Positions 47,504 through 57,277 of a stretch of DNA of 64,000 nucleotides are shown piece by piece; the stretch's first letter is position 1, and the number at the start of each line of letters is the position of its first letter. This stretch comes from Candidatus Eiseniibacteriota bacterium (lineage in GTDB: Bacteria; Eisenbacteria; RBG-16-71-46), in contig JANMQY010000058.1 of NCBI GenBank assembly GCA_031370785.1, positions 1 through 64,000 of the forward strand, read 5' to 3'. Below the pieces are notes generated by a model. It worked only from the letters and a program-made list of their open reading frames with translations. It was not told where the DNA came from and did not search any database. The translations under genes and the position numbers were made by a program.

Positions 47504-48531
47504 CCGCGTCACTGAAAGTGTGGCGAACGCGCGAGACTCCACCGGAAGGCTTTCTCGCGGCATGGAACGCCCGGCTCGCGAATACTCCGAATGCGCACTT
47601 CGGATTCGATCCGGCGGCGATCGCATGGGAGGCCGGGCGCGGGCGGCACTCGCTGTGCGCGTGCGTGGACGAGGCGGGTCGCGGCGGGCTGGTGGTGCTG
47701 CGCGAAGAGCGCGGCGGATGGGTCTCGGGCTGGCCCTGGCGCTGGCAGCTGGCGGTCGAGGACGCGGCGCGACGCGATCCGGCCGGGCTCACCCGGGAGG
47801 AAAGCGAATGGTTGTTCTGTCACGCCGCGGCGCTCGCGGGCGGGCGGTGGCTGGTGTGTCACGTTCCGCACCCGGCTCCCCACGCCAGACCGGCGTTCCT
47901 TGCCGGAGCAACGCTGCTGCGCCGGCTCGACATGGACGACGATGCAATCCTGCGATCGCTCGACACGAACAAGCGCCGGCAGCACAAGCGGGCGCTGAAG
48001 GAGGGCTTTAGCGTGGTCGTGGCTTCGACTCACGAGGAGATGGCGGCTTTTCACCGGCTGCAGGGCGAGACCGAGCGCCGGCGCGGAAATGCGAGCCAGA
48101 CGACTCCCGACGCTCCGGCTCCGGGCGAATCGTGGCGGGAGTGGGAGCTGCCGTGGATGTGGCTGCTGGTTGCGGTGCGCGATGGCGTCGTCCAGGCCGG
48201 GTCGGGCTTCGGAATGCGGCCACACGGCGCGCTCGACTACCGCACCAATGCTTCGACGCTCGAGGCCAAGCGGGCGGGCGCGAATGTGCTGCTCGCGATC
48301 GAGGCGTTGCGCCGCGGCCGCGATCACGGCTGTCACTGGATGAACTGGGGCGGTGTCACCGAATTCAAGCGCGAGATGGGCGGCGAGCGGGTCGAGGTGA
48401 CCTGCCGCCTGGGTGGCGGAGCGATCTGGAGCTTGCACAATCACGTGACCGGGATGCTGCATGTCGCGCGGCCGAAGCTGGCGGCGTGGTGGCGTGGCGT
48501 GCGCGCGGCGCGCGAGAAGGAGCCGGCATGA
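47500..48531 (+). CDS. GNAT-fold FemAB-like acyl/aminoacyl transferase
   Basis: ILRSLDTNKRRQHKRA..EG, ANVLL, MNWGG..EFKREMGG typical of FemABX/Acetyltransf_6 proteins. Confidence 0.7.
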   Translation: MTASLKVWRTRETPPEGFLAAWNARLANTPNAHFGFDPAAIAWEAGRGRHSLCACVDEAGRGGLVVLREERGGWVSGWPWRWQLAVEDAARRDPAGLTREESEWLFCHAAALAGGRWLVCHVPHPAPHARPAFLAGATLLRRLDMDDDAILRSLDTNKRRQHKRALKEGFSVVVASTHEEMAAFHRLQGETERRRGNASQTTPDAPAPGESWREWELPWMWLLVAVRDGVVQAGSGFGMRPHGALDYRTNASTLEAKRAGANVLLAIEALRRGRDHGCHWMNWGGVTEFKREMGGERVEVTCRLGGGAIWSLHNHVTGMLHVARPKLAAWWRGVRAAREKEPA

Positions 48532-49382
48532 TGACGCAGGCGGCAGCGAAGAGCGCATTCGAGGATTTCGTGCGCTGGACCATCCAGGTGGAACGGCCGG
48601 CGCATGCCACGTTCCTGCCCGAGGGTGAGCGCGAGGCCTTCGGAAACTACTACCGGAATCTGCCCGCGCCTGCTGACGAGCGCGCGATCCGCCGCTATCT
48701 GCGCGGCTTCTGGCGCGGGGATGCGGGATGGACCGCGCGCTGGCTGGCGCGGCGCGATCGGCCGCGGGTGATGGACGCCGGATCCGGCTTCGGCACCTAC
48801 TCCATGCTCTACGCCGCGGTCGGCGCGGATGTGGTCGGCGCCGATCTGAGGCCCGACCGGCTGAGCGCGGCCGAACGCCGCGCGAAGTTCTATCGCGAAT
48901 CCACCGGACGTCCGCTCGAGGTGCGTTACACGCGCGCCGATCTCACCCGCGACTGGGAGCGCGACGTGGATCTGGTGTGGGTGTACAACGCGCTCTCGCA
49001 CATCGACCCGCTGGACGGCTTCCTGCAGGCGGTGCGCGATCACCTGCGCCCGGGAGGAGTGCTGGTGGTGGGCGACATCAACGGCGCGCACCCGGAGCAC
49101 ATCGCGCGTCTCTCGAGGCTGCGCGACGAGGTGCATCAGGAGTACGTGGCTCCGGACGGACAGCGCCACGCCTACGCGGTCGAACGCACCTTCCCGCCGC
49201 GCGAGATGCGCGAGGTGATGGGAGCGAACGGCCTCAAGGTCGTGCACCATGAGCTGTACTGGGGCGGGCTCGGCGCCGCTCCCGAGCCGCTCTACGCCGG
49301 CGTCCTTCAGCCGCTCCAGTCGCTGTGGTGGCTCGGTCATGCCTCGGCGCGTCGCCAGCTGGTCGTGGCGGCGAAGGCCTAA
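48528..49382 (+). CDS. Class I SAM-dependent methyltransferase
   Basis: VMDAGSGFG, VVGAD, ALSHI, LRPGGVL. Confidence 0.85.
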   Translation: MMTQAAAKSAFEDFVRWTIQVERPAHATFLPEGEREAFGNYYRNLPAPADERAIRRYLRGFWRGDAGWTARWLARRDRPRVMDAGSGFGTYSMLYAAVGADVVGADLRPDRLSAAERRAKFYRESTGRPLEVRYTRADLTRDWERDVDLVWVYNALSHIDPLDGFLQAVRDHLRPGGVLVVGDINGAHPEHIARLSRLRDEVHQEYVAPDGQRHAYAVERTFPPREMREVMGANGLKVVHHELYWGGLGAAPEPLYAGVLQPLQSLWWLGHASARRQLVVAAKA

Positions 49383-49395
49383 GGGAGGGCGACCG

Positions 49396-51201
49396 GTGCG
49401 TGTCCTGTTCATCACCCAGTACTGGCCGCCCGAGACCGGCGCCGCACCGGCTCGCGCGCTGCATTTCGCGCGCGCCCTCGAACGCGCGGGGCACGAGGTG
49501 CGGGTGGTGACCGGGCTTCCGAATCATCCGTCGGGCGTGATCCGCCCCGAGTACGCCCGGGTGCGTCGCGCCACGGAGCGCGATGGCGGGCTCGCGATCG
49601 AGCGCGTGTGGCTGCACTCGACCCCGCGAAAGACACCTTTTACCCGCCTGTGGAATCACGCCACCTTTGCGTGGAGCGCGCTCCCGGTCGCGCTCGGCGG
49701 ACCGCGCCCGGACGTGGTGTTCGCGACCACTCCTCCACTCTTTCTCGGGGTGGTTGCCTGGCTCGCTTCCGTCCGCAACTCCGCGCCGCTGGTGATCGAC
49801 GTGCGCGACGACTGGCCGCGAGCCGCGGTCGCCCTCGGAGAGATGAAGCCCGGGCTCGCGACTGCCGCGCTCGGCGCGCTGGCCGGATTCCTCCACGCGC
49901 GCGCCGCGCGCCTGATCGCGGTGACGCCGGGCATGAAGCGCCAGCTCGAGGGCCGCGGTGTCGCGGCGGGCCGCATCGAGCTGATCACCAACGGCGCCGA
50001 CACCGAGCGATTCACGCCGGCTGCCGAGCGCAACGGAGGCGGCCCGTTCACGGTGCTCTACGCCGGCACCCACGGGCTGGTGCACGGCATGGAGGTGCTG
50101 CTCGATGCGGCCGCGCGCCTGAAAGGACGCGACGACATCCGCTTCCTGCTGGTCGGCGATGGAGTGGCCAAGCCGGCGCTCGAGCGCCGCGTTGCCGAGG
50201 CGCACCTGACCAACGTCGAATTCCGTCCGAGCGTCTCTCCCGAGCAGCTGGTCGAGGTGATTCACCACGCCGACGCATGCGTGGCCACCACCCGCGCTCA
50301 CGAATTCTCGGGGGAAACCATTCCGGTCAAGCTGTTCGACTATCTGGCGTGCGGACGCCCGGTCGTGGCCGCGGTGCGCGGCGATGCGGCCGAGGTCCTG
50401 CGCGCCTCGGGCGGAGGCGAGGTGGTGGCGCCGGGGGACGGCGCCGCGCTCGCCTCGGCGATCGAGCGCCTGGTCGCGGACCCCGCTCATCGCGCGGCGC
50501 TCGCCGCCGCCGGGCCGCCGTTCGTCGAATCCCACTACTCGAGGCGCGCGCTCGGAAACCGCCTGGTCGCGGTGCTCGAAGAAGCGCATCACGCCGCGCA
50601 TGGCCGGGCGGTCGCGCCGAGGCCATCGGGCGCATACGGCACGCTCAAGCGCGCGCTCGACCTCGCGATCGCCGCGACCCTGCTGGTGGTGCTGTCACCG
50701 GTGTTGCTGATCACCGCGCTCGCGGTGCGCATGGATTCCCCGGGTCCCGCGCTGTTCCGCCAGCGTCGCATTGGAAGAGGCTCGAGCGAGTTCACCATTC
50801 TCAAGTTCCGCACCATGACGGTGGGGACTCCCGATCTCGCCACCCACCTGATGACTCCGGGAACGAATCGGGTAACGCGCCTCGGCCGTCTGCTCAGGCG
50901 CACCAGCCTCGATGAACTGCCGCAGCTCTGGAACGTGGTGCGCGGCGACATGAGCCTGATCGGACCGCGCCCCGCGCTGTTCAATCAGCACGATCTGATC
51001 TCGATGCGGCAGTCCGCCGAAGTGGATGCGCTGCGGCCCGGAGTCACCGGCTGGGCCCAGGTGAACGGCCGCGACGAAATCCCGATGCGCGACAAGGTGG
51101 CGTTCGACCGATATTATCTGGAGCATGTGTCGCCGGGGCTGGACCTGGTCGTCGGGCTGCGCACTCTGGTCACCCTGTTCTCTTCGCGTGGCGTGTACTG
51201 A
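49396..51201 (+). CDS. GT4 (WbuB/WcaI-like) glycosyltransferase fused to a monotopic phosphoglycosyl transferase (PglC/WcaJ-like)
   Basis: ITQYWPPETGA, PNHPSG, YAGTHG, PVKLFDY; then KRALD, KFRTM, SLDELPQL, GPRP, PGVTGWAQVNGR; GGGAGG SD before GTG. Confidence 0.92.
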   Translation: MRVLFITQYWPPETGAAPARALHFARALERAGHEVRVVTGLPNHPSGVIRPEYARVRRATERDGGLAIERVWLHSTPRKTPFTRLWNHATFAWSALPVALGGPRPDVVFATTPPLFLGVVAWLASVRNSAPLVIDVRDDWPRAAVALGEMKPGLATAALGALAGFLHARAARLIAVTPGMKRQLEGRGVAAGRIELITNGADTERFTPAAERNGGGPFTVLYAGTHGLVHGMEVLLDAAARLKGRDDIRFLLVGDGVAKPALERRVAEAHLTNVEFRPSVSPEQLVEVIHHADACVATTRAHEFSGETIPVKLFDYLACGRPVVAAVRGDAAEVLRASGGGEVVAPGDGAALASAIERLVADPAHRAALAAAGPPFVESHYSRRALGNRLVAVLEEAHHAAHGRAVAPRPSGAYGTLKRALDLAIAATLLVVLSPVLLITALAVRMDSPGPALFRQRRIGRGSSEFTILKFRTMTVGTPDLATHLMTPGTNRVTRLGRLLRRTSLDELPQLWNVVRGDMSLIGPRPALFNQHDLISMRQSAEVDALRPGVTGWAQVNGRDEIPMRDKVAFDRYYLEHVSPGLDLVVGLRTLVTLFSSRGVY

Positions 51202-51218
51202 CTGATGGAGGCCCTGCC

Positions 51219-52103
51219 ATGAGCGTGCAATCGGTGAGCGTCCGTCCGGCCGAGACGGCAGTGAAAGGCCGCGGCTGGGCGATTGCGCAGGCCGTGGCAC
51301 TGGTGGCGCTGCTCGTCGCCACCTATCACCGCACCGCCGTCGAGCTGTGGACCATCTGGACCACCAACGACAACTATTCGCACGGTCCGCTGATCCCGCT
51401 GACCTCGGCGGCGCTGATATGGCTCAGGCGGCACGACCTGGCGAAGGCGGGGGCACATCCCGCCGCGCGCGGGATCGCGGTGCTGGCGCTGGGCTGCACG
51501 ATGCAGGTGCTGGGCATCCGGGCCGACCTGTTCGCGCTCGAGGGCTGGTCGCTGATCGTGGTGCTGTATGGACTCTCCCTCACCTTCCTGGGAGTGCCCG
51601 CCACCAGGGTGCTGGCGTTCCCGATCGGCTACCTGGTGTTCATGCTCACCTTCCCGCCGATCCTGATGAACCAGATCAGCTACGCGCTCAAGGAGATCAC
51701 CGTGCAGCTCTCGACCCGTGCCGCCGAGGCGCTGGGGGTGACCCTGCAGCGCAGCGGCATGACCCTCTACCTGGGCAGCGGCGAGCTGCGCATGGAGAAT
51801 CCGTGCAGCGGGCTGCGCTCGCTGCTCGCCCTGCTCGCCACCGGCGCGGTGTTCGCGTACGTGCAGCCCGGCGGATGGTGGCGCAAGGCAATCATCCTGT
51901 TCTCAGCGGTTCCAATCGCGATGATCGGCAACGCGGTGCGCATCACGCTGGTCATCGTGGTCGGGCACTATGTCGGGGTGAAGGAGGCGGCCGGTCAGTT
52001 CCACGACCTGTCGGGCTACGTCATCTATCTGGTGGCGTTGATCGGGCTGATGGGCGTGCGCGCACTGCTCACGCCCAGGCCCCGTGCAAAGGCGGCACAA
52101 TGA
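51219..52103 (+). CDS. Exosortase/archaeosortase family transpeptidase (EpsH-type)
   Basis: About 8 TMs; NYSHG, PCSGLRS (Cys), NAVR (Arg), FHD (His). Confidence 0.93.
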   Translation: MSVQSVSVRPAETAVKGRGWAIAQAVALVALLVATYHRTAVELWTIWTTNDNYSHGPLIPLTSAALIWLRRHDLAKAGAHPAARGIAVLALGCTMQVLGIRADLFALEGWSLIVVLYGLSLTFLGVPATRVLAFPIGYLVFMLTFPPILMNQISYALKEITVQLSTRAAEALGVTLQRSGMTLYLGSGELRMENPCSGLRSLLALLATGAVFAYVQPGGWWRKAIILFSAVPIAMIGNAVRITLVIVVGHYVGVKEAAGQFHDLSGYVIYLVALIGLMGVRALLTPRPRAKAAQ

Positions 52104-52744
52104 TCCGGTTCGTCGCGGCGCTCGCGCTGCTCGCCATGACCGCAGGCTACGTCGTGCTCCATCCGCCCGAGAACCTCGCGGCGGGACGCGGTGCGCTCAC
52201 CTCGACTCCGGCGCGATTCGGCGCGTGGAACGGCACCGAGCTGTCGTTCGAGGATGCGGTGATCGACGAGCTCAAGGCCGACGCGGTGCTGATCCGTCGC
52301 TACGAGCGCGATCAGGAGGTTGCATGGCTGTGCATCGTGTACCACCAGAACCGTCGCTACGGCGCGCACGAACCGCAGCTGTGCTACGAGTCGCAGGGCT
52401 ACATCGTGGAGCGTCCGGGGCTGCACCGTCTGGACGACGGCAGCCCGGCCGGTCTCGAGGTCAACAGGTTCGTGGCCGAACGCGCGCACGACGATCGCCT
52501 GGTCTACTACTGGTGGACGACCGCCGGGCTGACCACGACCGACAAGAACGCGTTTCGCAACCGCATGGCGATGGCAGGAGCGCTCGAAAACCGCTCGTGG
52601 GGTGCTTTCGTGCGAGTCGAGGCGCTGATCCGTGACGGCAACGAAGCCCGGACCGCCGCGGCGCTCGACGAGTTCGCGGGCAAGGTGGCGCGCGGCCTTC
52701 CCGCGGTCTTCGCTGCCGCCCAGAGCGGGAGCCGTCCCTCGTGA
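52100..52744 (+). CDS. epsI: EpsI family exosortase-associated protein
   Basis: P..FGAW.G, AHEPQLCYESQG, VYYWW, AFVRV. Confidence 0.85.
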   Translation: MIRFVAALALLAMTAGYVVLHPPENLAAGRGALTSTPARFGAWNGTELSFEDAVIDELKADAVLIRRYERDQEVAWLCIVYHQNRRYGAHEPQLCYESQGYIVERPGLHRLDDGSPAGLEVNRFVAERAHDDRLVYYWWTTAGLTTTDKNAFRNRMAMAGALENRSWGAFVRVEALIRDGNEARTAAALDEFAGKVARGLPAVFAAAQSGSRPS

Positions 52745-53583
52745 ACCTCTTCGAACAGATTGCGGTGGCGTGGCAGTCGCTGATCCGGGTGTTCGCGGCA
52801 ATGCGCCGCGGCCGGCTGTGGGCTCCGTTCGCTCTGCTCGCCGCGAGCGAGGCGCTGGTGGTGCTCGCACTGGTGTGGTTCGCGCACCCGCTGCTCTCGT
52901 GGTTCATGGTGCCGCTGCTGCGCCAGGTGTCGGGGGAGACGACGTTGCGCTACCCGAACCTGTTCCGCGTGCTGCCCGGGCTCTATGCGCAGGCCGATGT
53001 GTTCATCGGCGCCGTGGTCGGGGCGATCGTGGTCGGCGCGGCCACCGTGATGTTTGCCGACTTCTTCCACGGGACGAAGCCTTCCGCTTCGGCCGGTTTC
53101 GGCGAGGCGTGGCGACGCTCGCTCGCCCTGATCCTCGCCAACCTCCCGTTCAACCTGCTGGTGTTCGGGCTCGGCCACTGGTCCCAGGACTTCCTGACCT
53201 CGCGCAGCAGCGGTCAGCTGGTTCAGGGCATCGTCTACTTCCTGATCCTCGGCATCTCGGTCGTGCTCCAGTCGCTGTTCTTCTACGTGAGCGCGCTGGT
53301 CGTCCTCGAGCGCAGGTCCGTGCTTTCCGCGCTCGCCGGATTGCCCGAAACCTGGGCGCGAGGCTTCTGGGCGGCGACCTTCATCGGCGGGCTGCTGATT
53401 ACGCCGCTCCTGCCGATTCACTACATCTCGGACCGGGCGGGCGTGATCGTGGACCGCGGCGTTCCGGAGCTCACCGGATGGGTGGTGGCCGTGCAGGGCC
53501 TGATCGGTCTCGCGCTCTGGTTCCTGCTCACGGGCAGCGCGACCCTGGTGTATCTGAGCCTGGTGCGAAGGGAGGATACGTGA
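52741..53583 (+). CDS. Hypothetical polytopic membrane protein
   Basis: 280 aa, about 6 hydrophobic segments, translationally coupled on both sides. Confidence 0.75.
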   Translation: MNLFEQIAVAWQSLIRVFAAMRRGRLWAPFALLAASEALVVLALVWFAHPLLSWFMVPLLRQVSGETTLRYPNLFRVLPGLYAQADVFIGAVVGAIVVGAATVMFADFFHGTKPSASAGFGEAWRRSLALILANLPFNLLVFGLGHWSQDFLTSRSSGQLVQGIVYFLILGISVVLQSLFFYVSALVVLERRSVLSALAGLPETWARGFWAATFIGGLLITPLLPIHYISDRAGVIVDRGVPELTGWVVAVQGLIGLALWFLLTGSATLVYLSLVRREDT

Positions 53584-55085
53584 GACGCGCGGTCGCCGTC
53601 GGAATCGCGCTCATCGGCCTGCTCGTGCTGACCGGGTGCGGGGATCAGGCGCTGTGGACGCGCTGGCGCGCCGAGCGCGATCTGTGGCACGCGCGTCGCG
53701 ACGTGGACCGGCTGCAGCTCAACCCGCGTCTCGCCACCGATCGCGACTACGCGCGCGTGGAGCGCCGGTTCGCGATCATTGCCGAGCGCTATCCGGCGTC
53801 GCGCTGGGGGCGTGCCGGACAATCTCCGGCCGCCTTCGATGTCGGGCTGGTCTCGGGCAGGGCCGCGATCGCGGCCGCGCGCATCGAGGAACTGCGCGGG
53901 CGCCTCCCCGCCGCGCTCGAGTCCTACGCGCGCATCGAGCGCGACTACCCCGGCGTGTTCCCGGTCGCGCTCGAAGCGACGGTCGCGCGCGCGCGGCTGC
54001 TGGGACGCACCGGGCGCGAGCGGGAGGCGCTCGAGGCCTGGGCGCGGGTGGCCTCGGGCTTTCCGCTGGTGGACGCCGCGAGCGGCGAGGCGTTCCTTCC
54101 GGTGCCGGATGCGGCGCTGCGCGTGGCGAACGCGCGCCGGGCTGCTGGCGACCCGGCGGGTGCGGATTCGGTGCTGGCGGTCAGCGAACGGCGGATCGAA
54201 AAGGAGCTGATGCGCCAGCACGGCAAGCGCGCCGCGCCCGACCTGTGGACGCGGTTGTCGGACACGCGTGCCGCGCGCGGACACTGGGAGGAGTCGCTCG
54301 ATGCGTTGCGAGCGGCGTTGAGCGATACCGCGAGCAACCGGGTCGCGCCGTGGATCGTGCTCGGGCTCGCGCGCCGATCGCTCGAGGCCGGCCGGCCCGA
54401 TTCCGCGCTGGCGTACACCTCGTGGGCTGAGCGCGGATTCGACGAGATCGTGCGGCCGGGGGCGATTCTGCTCTCGGCCCGGGTGTGGGAAGCTCGTGGC
54501 ACGACCGATTCGGCGCTGGTGGCCTACCAGCGCTTTCTCGACGCGTATTCGGACGCGCCCAATGCGAGCGCCGAGGCGATGTTCCGGCGCGGCGTGCTGT
54601 TCGAGGGACAGGGTCGATGGGAGCAGGCGCGCACCGAGTTCCGCGCGCTCGCCGCGGTGCAGCCCACCGATTCCCTGAGCCTCGAGGGGTTGACCCGGAT
54701 CGTGAGGCATCATGCCGAGCGCGGTGAGCGCGATGTGGCCGCTCGCGAGGGAAAGCGGGCGCTGGAGACACTCGATCAGATGATGGCGGCGCAGCGGGAC
54801 GAGACGGTGCAGGCCAACGTTCGGCGCACCCGCGCGGACATCCTGGTCGCGATGGGTGACGCCGCGGCGGCGTACGATGCGCTCGTGGATCTGTGGCGGC
54901 GTTATCCGGCCACCGCGATCGGGATCGGATCGGCGCTGCGCGGGGCGGACCTGGCCGAGAATCAGCTGAACGACAGGAATCGGGCGATCATGCTGTACCG
55001 TGAGGTGGTGGAGCGCGCCCGCGACGCGGGTGCGCGGCGCCGCGCGATGGCTGCACTGACGCGGCTCGGCGCGGAACGCAGTTGA
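53580..55085 (+). CDS. TPR-rich lipoprotein
   Basis: GGGAGG SD, GTG start, LVLTGC lipobox, repeated TPR-like helices (A..YQRFLDAY, EAMFRRG..EQAR). Confidence 0.78.
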   Translation: MRRAVAVGIALIGLLVLTGCGDQALWTRWRAERDLWHARRDVDRLQLNPRLATDRDYARVERRFAIIAERYPASRWGRAGQSPAAFDVGLVSGRAAIAAARIEELRGRLPAALESYARIERDYPGVFPVALEATVARARLLGRTGREREALEAWARVASGFPLVDAASGEAFLPVPDAALRVANARRAAGDPAGADSVLAVSERRIEKELMRQHGKRAAPDLWTRLSDTRAARGHWEESLDALRAALSDTASNRVAPWIVLGLARRSLEAGRPDSALAYTSWAERGFDEIVRPGAILLSARVWEARGTTDSALVAYQRFLDAYSDAPNASAEAMFRRGVLFEGQGRWEQARTEFRALAAVQPTDSLSLEGLTRIVRHHAERGERDVAAREGKRALETLDQMMAAQRDETVQANVRRTRADILVAMGDAAAAYDALVDLWRRYPATAIGIGSALRGADLAENQLNDRNRAIMLYREVVERARDAGARRRAMAALTRLGAERS

Positions 55086-57277
55086 GCGGAGGCATGGTGG
55101 ACTTTTCGGCGACCCCTTCCCAGGTCAGTCTGGTCACCGCGAGCGCACTGCTCGCGGCGATGATCGGGCTGTTCGCGTTGCTGCGGCGCGGGCAGTTCCT
55201 CACCACGATCATCTTCTCGGCCGCGTTCCTGGTCATGGCGGCACTCCAGGCCGGCACCATCGGAATCCTGAGGGCCGACTCGAGCGAGCACGCCCGCACC
55301 TGGGCGATGTACATCGCCGGCTGCTCCGCGCTGGCGTCGTGGCTGTGGCTGACGCTGAGCGTGGTGCTGTCGCGTCCGGATCCGTGGGTCCAGATCCGGA
55401 ATGCGGGCGCGTATCTGGCGCTCGCCCTGGCCGGTTGCGTCGCGATGTTCTACGCGACCGCCACGCCGTTCGTCGTGCGCGAAGTCCAGGGCATCGGCAG
55501 CGACGCGGTGATCGTGCTCGGGCCGATGGGCAAGATCTACCTGATGTACCTGGTGCTGGTGATGGTCGCGGTGGTGATGAATCTCGAGCGCATGCTGCGG
55601 ACCGCGCCCGCCACCGCGCAACGCAGGCTGCGGCCGATGTTCGTGGCGTTCCTGATCGGCATCCTCGCGGACCTGCTGGTGGTTTCGGCAGGCCTGCTCT
55701 ACGGCGGGCTGCGGATCGAGTGGCTGGTCGCGAGCGCCGCGCCGATGTTCATCGCGGGCACCGTGACCGCGCTGGCGCTGGCGCGCCGCCGCCTCTCGGA
55801 CATGAGCGTTCCGGTCGCGCGTCCGGTCATCTACTACTCCTCGGTCTCGCTGACTCTGGCCGGCGGATTCCTGCTCACCATGGCGGTGCTCTCCAAGCTG
55901 CTGCCGGTGCTGACGCCGGAGTGGAAGCGTTCGGTGAGTCTCACCTTCTACCTGCTGGTCGGCGGCGGTGGCGTGATGCTCATGCTGAGCCCGCGGGCGA
56001 ATCGCTCGATCAAGCGGTTCATCGATCGCAATTTCTACGCGAACCGCTACGACTACCGGCGGGAATGGGAGCGGGTCAGCGGCGCGATCACGCCGACCGC
56101 GCGGCTCGAGGACCTGTGCCGTCAGATCGAGACGCTGGTGTGCTCGGTGTTCGACAGCGAGCGGGTCGCCCTCTATCTGCTGGATTCTCGCCGCTCGGTG
56201 GCGGAAGAGCCGCGCATGCGCCGCGTCCACGGTCCGCCCGGGCTTCCCGAGTCGGTGGCCAGGTCGAATCCGCTGGTGGTTCAGCTGGATCGCGTGCGGG
56301 TGCCGGTGCAGCTTCACGATCTGTCGCAGGATCTCGACCTGCTGCCCGCGGTGGTCGAGAACCGCGAGCTGGTCCAGGCGCTGAACGCCGCGGTGTGTTC
56401 GCCCTTGTGCGTGGGCGATCTGATGGTGGGCCTGCTGTGGCTGTCGGAGAAGCGCACCGACGACGACTACACCTACGAAGACGTGGAATTCCTTGGCGCG
56501 ATGTCCCGCCAGATCGCGGCCGCGCTGTGGTTCGCGCGTCAGGCCGAGCAGCTCGCCGAGACGCGCCAGCTCGAATCGCTCAACCGGCTCTCCACGTTCG
56601 TGCTGCACGACATCAAGAATCACGTCTCGGGTCTGTCGCTGGTTGTCGAGAACGCGCGCAAGCACCTTGCGAACCCCGAGTTCCAGCGCGACGCGCTGGC
56701 AGTGGTCGAACGCACGGTGGCGAACCTGCGCGAGCTGATGAACCAGGTTGCCGCGGTGTCGCGGGCGCCCGAGATGAAGCCCGAGTCGGTCGCGGTGCGA
56801 TCCTTGGTGGACGAGGCGATTCAGGCCTCGGGCCTGCAGCCGGGCGAGAGCGACGGTGTGCGTCTGAGCGTGACCTGCCGCGGCCTCGACCCGGTGCAGG
56901 TCGACCCGCGCCTGGTGCTGCGCCTCCTCACCAACCTGCTGACCAACGCGCGCGAGTCGCTGGGTCCGAACGGGCACATCGAGCTCGCGGTCGAGATCGA
57001 GGGCGACGAGGCGCAGCGGCCTCGCCGACTGGTGGTCGAGGTGCGCGACAACGGACGCGGGATGAGCGAGGAGTTCCTGCGCACCGGGCTGTTCAGGCCG
57101 TTCGCGACCACCAAGGCAGGCGGGCTCGGCATCGGACTGATGCAGTGCCGCAGCATCGTCGAAGCCCACGGCGGCGCGATCGCGGTCGACAGCCGCGAAG
57201 GGGTTGGGACCCGTTTCACGGTCTCGCTGCCAGTCGTCGCTGTGCCTGCGGAATCGGCCGAGGCGGGCGCGCGATGA
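55082..57277 (+). CDS. prsK: PEP-CTERM/exosortase-system histidine kinase
   Basis: About 8 N-terminal TMs, FYANRYDYRREW, GAF domain, TFVLHDIKN, DNGRGM, LFRPF.TTK..GLGIGL. Confidence 0.9.
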   Translation: MSGGMVDFSATPSQVSLVTASALLAAMIGLFALLRRGQFLTTIIFSAAFLVMAALQAGTIGILRADSSEHARTWAMYIAGCSALASWLWLTLSVVLSRPDPWVQIRNAGAYLALALAGCVAMFYATATPFVVREVQGIGSDAVIVLGPMGKIYLMYLVLVMVAVVMNLERMLRTAPATAQRRLRPMFVAFLIGILADLLVVSAGLLYGGLRIEWLVASAAPMFIAGTVTALALARRRLSDMSVPVARPVIYYSSVSLTLAGGFLLTMAVLSKLLPVLTPEWKRSVSLTFYLLVGGGGVMLMLSPRANRSIKRFIDRNFYANRYDYRREWERVSGAITPTARLEDLCRQIETLVCSVFDSERVALYLLDSRRSVAEEPRMRRVHGPPGLPESVARSNPLVVQLDRVRVPVQLHDLSQDLDLLPAVVENRELVQALNAAVCSPLCVGDLMVGLLWLSEKRTDDDYTYEDVEFLGAMSRQIAAALWFARQAEQLAETRQLESLNRLSTFVLHDIKNHVSGLSLVVENARKHLANPEFQRDALAVVERTVANLRELMNQVAAVSRAPEMKPESVAVRSLVDEAIQASGLQPGESDGVRLSVTCRGLDPVQVDPRLVLRLLTNLLTNARESLGPNGHIELAVEIEGDEAQRPRRLVVEVRDNGRGMSEEFLRTGLFRPFATTKAGGLGIGLMQCRSIVEAHGGAIAVDSREGVGTRFTVSLPVVAVPAESAEAGAR

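Noticed and set aside
53455..53583. VPEL + hydrophobic stretch + RR at the end of the 6-TM protein, resembling PEP-CTERM
   Set aside because: Not VPEP, hydrophobic region about twice too long, and the protein is polytopic rather than a secreted substrate
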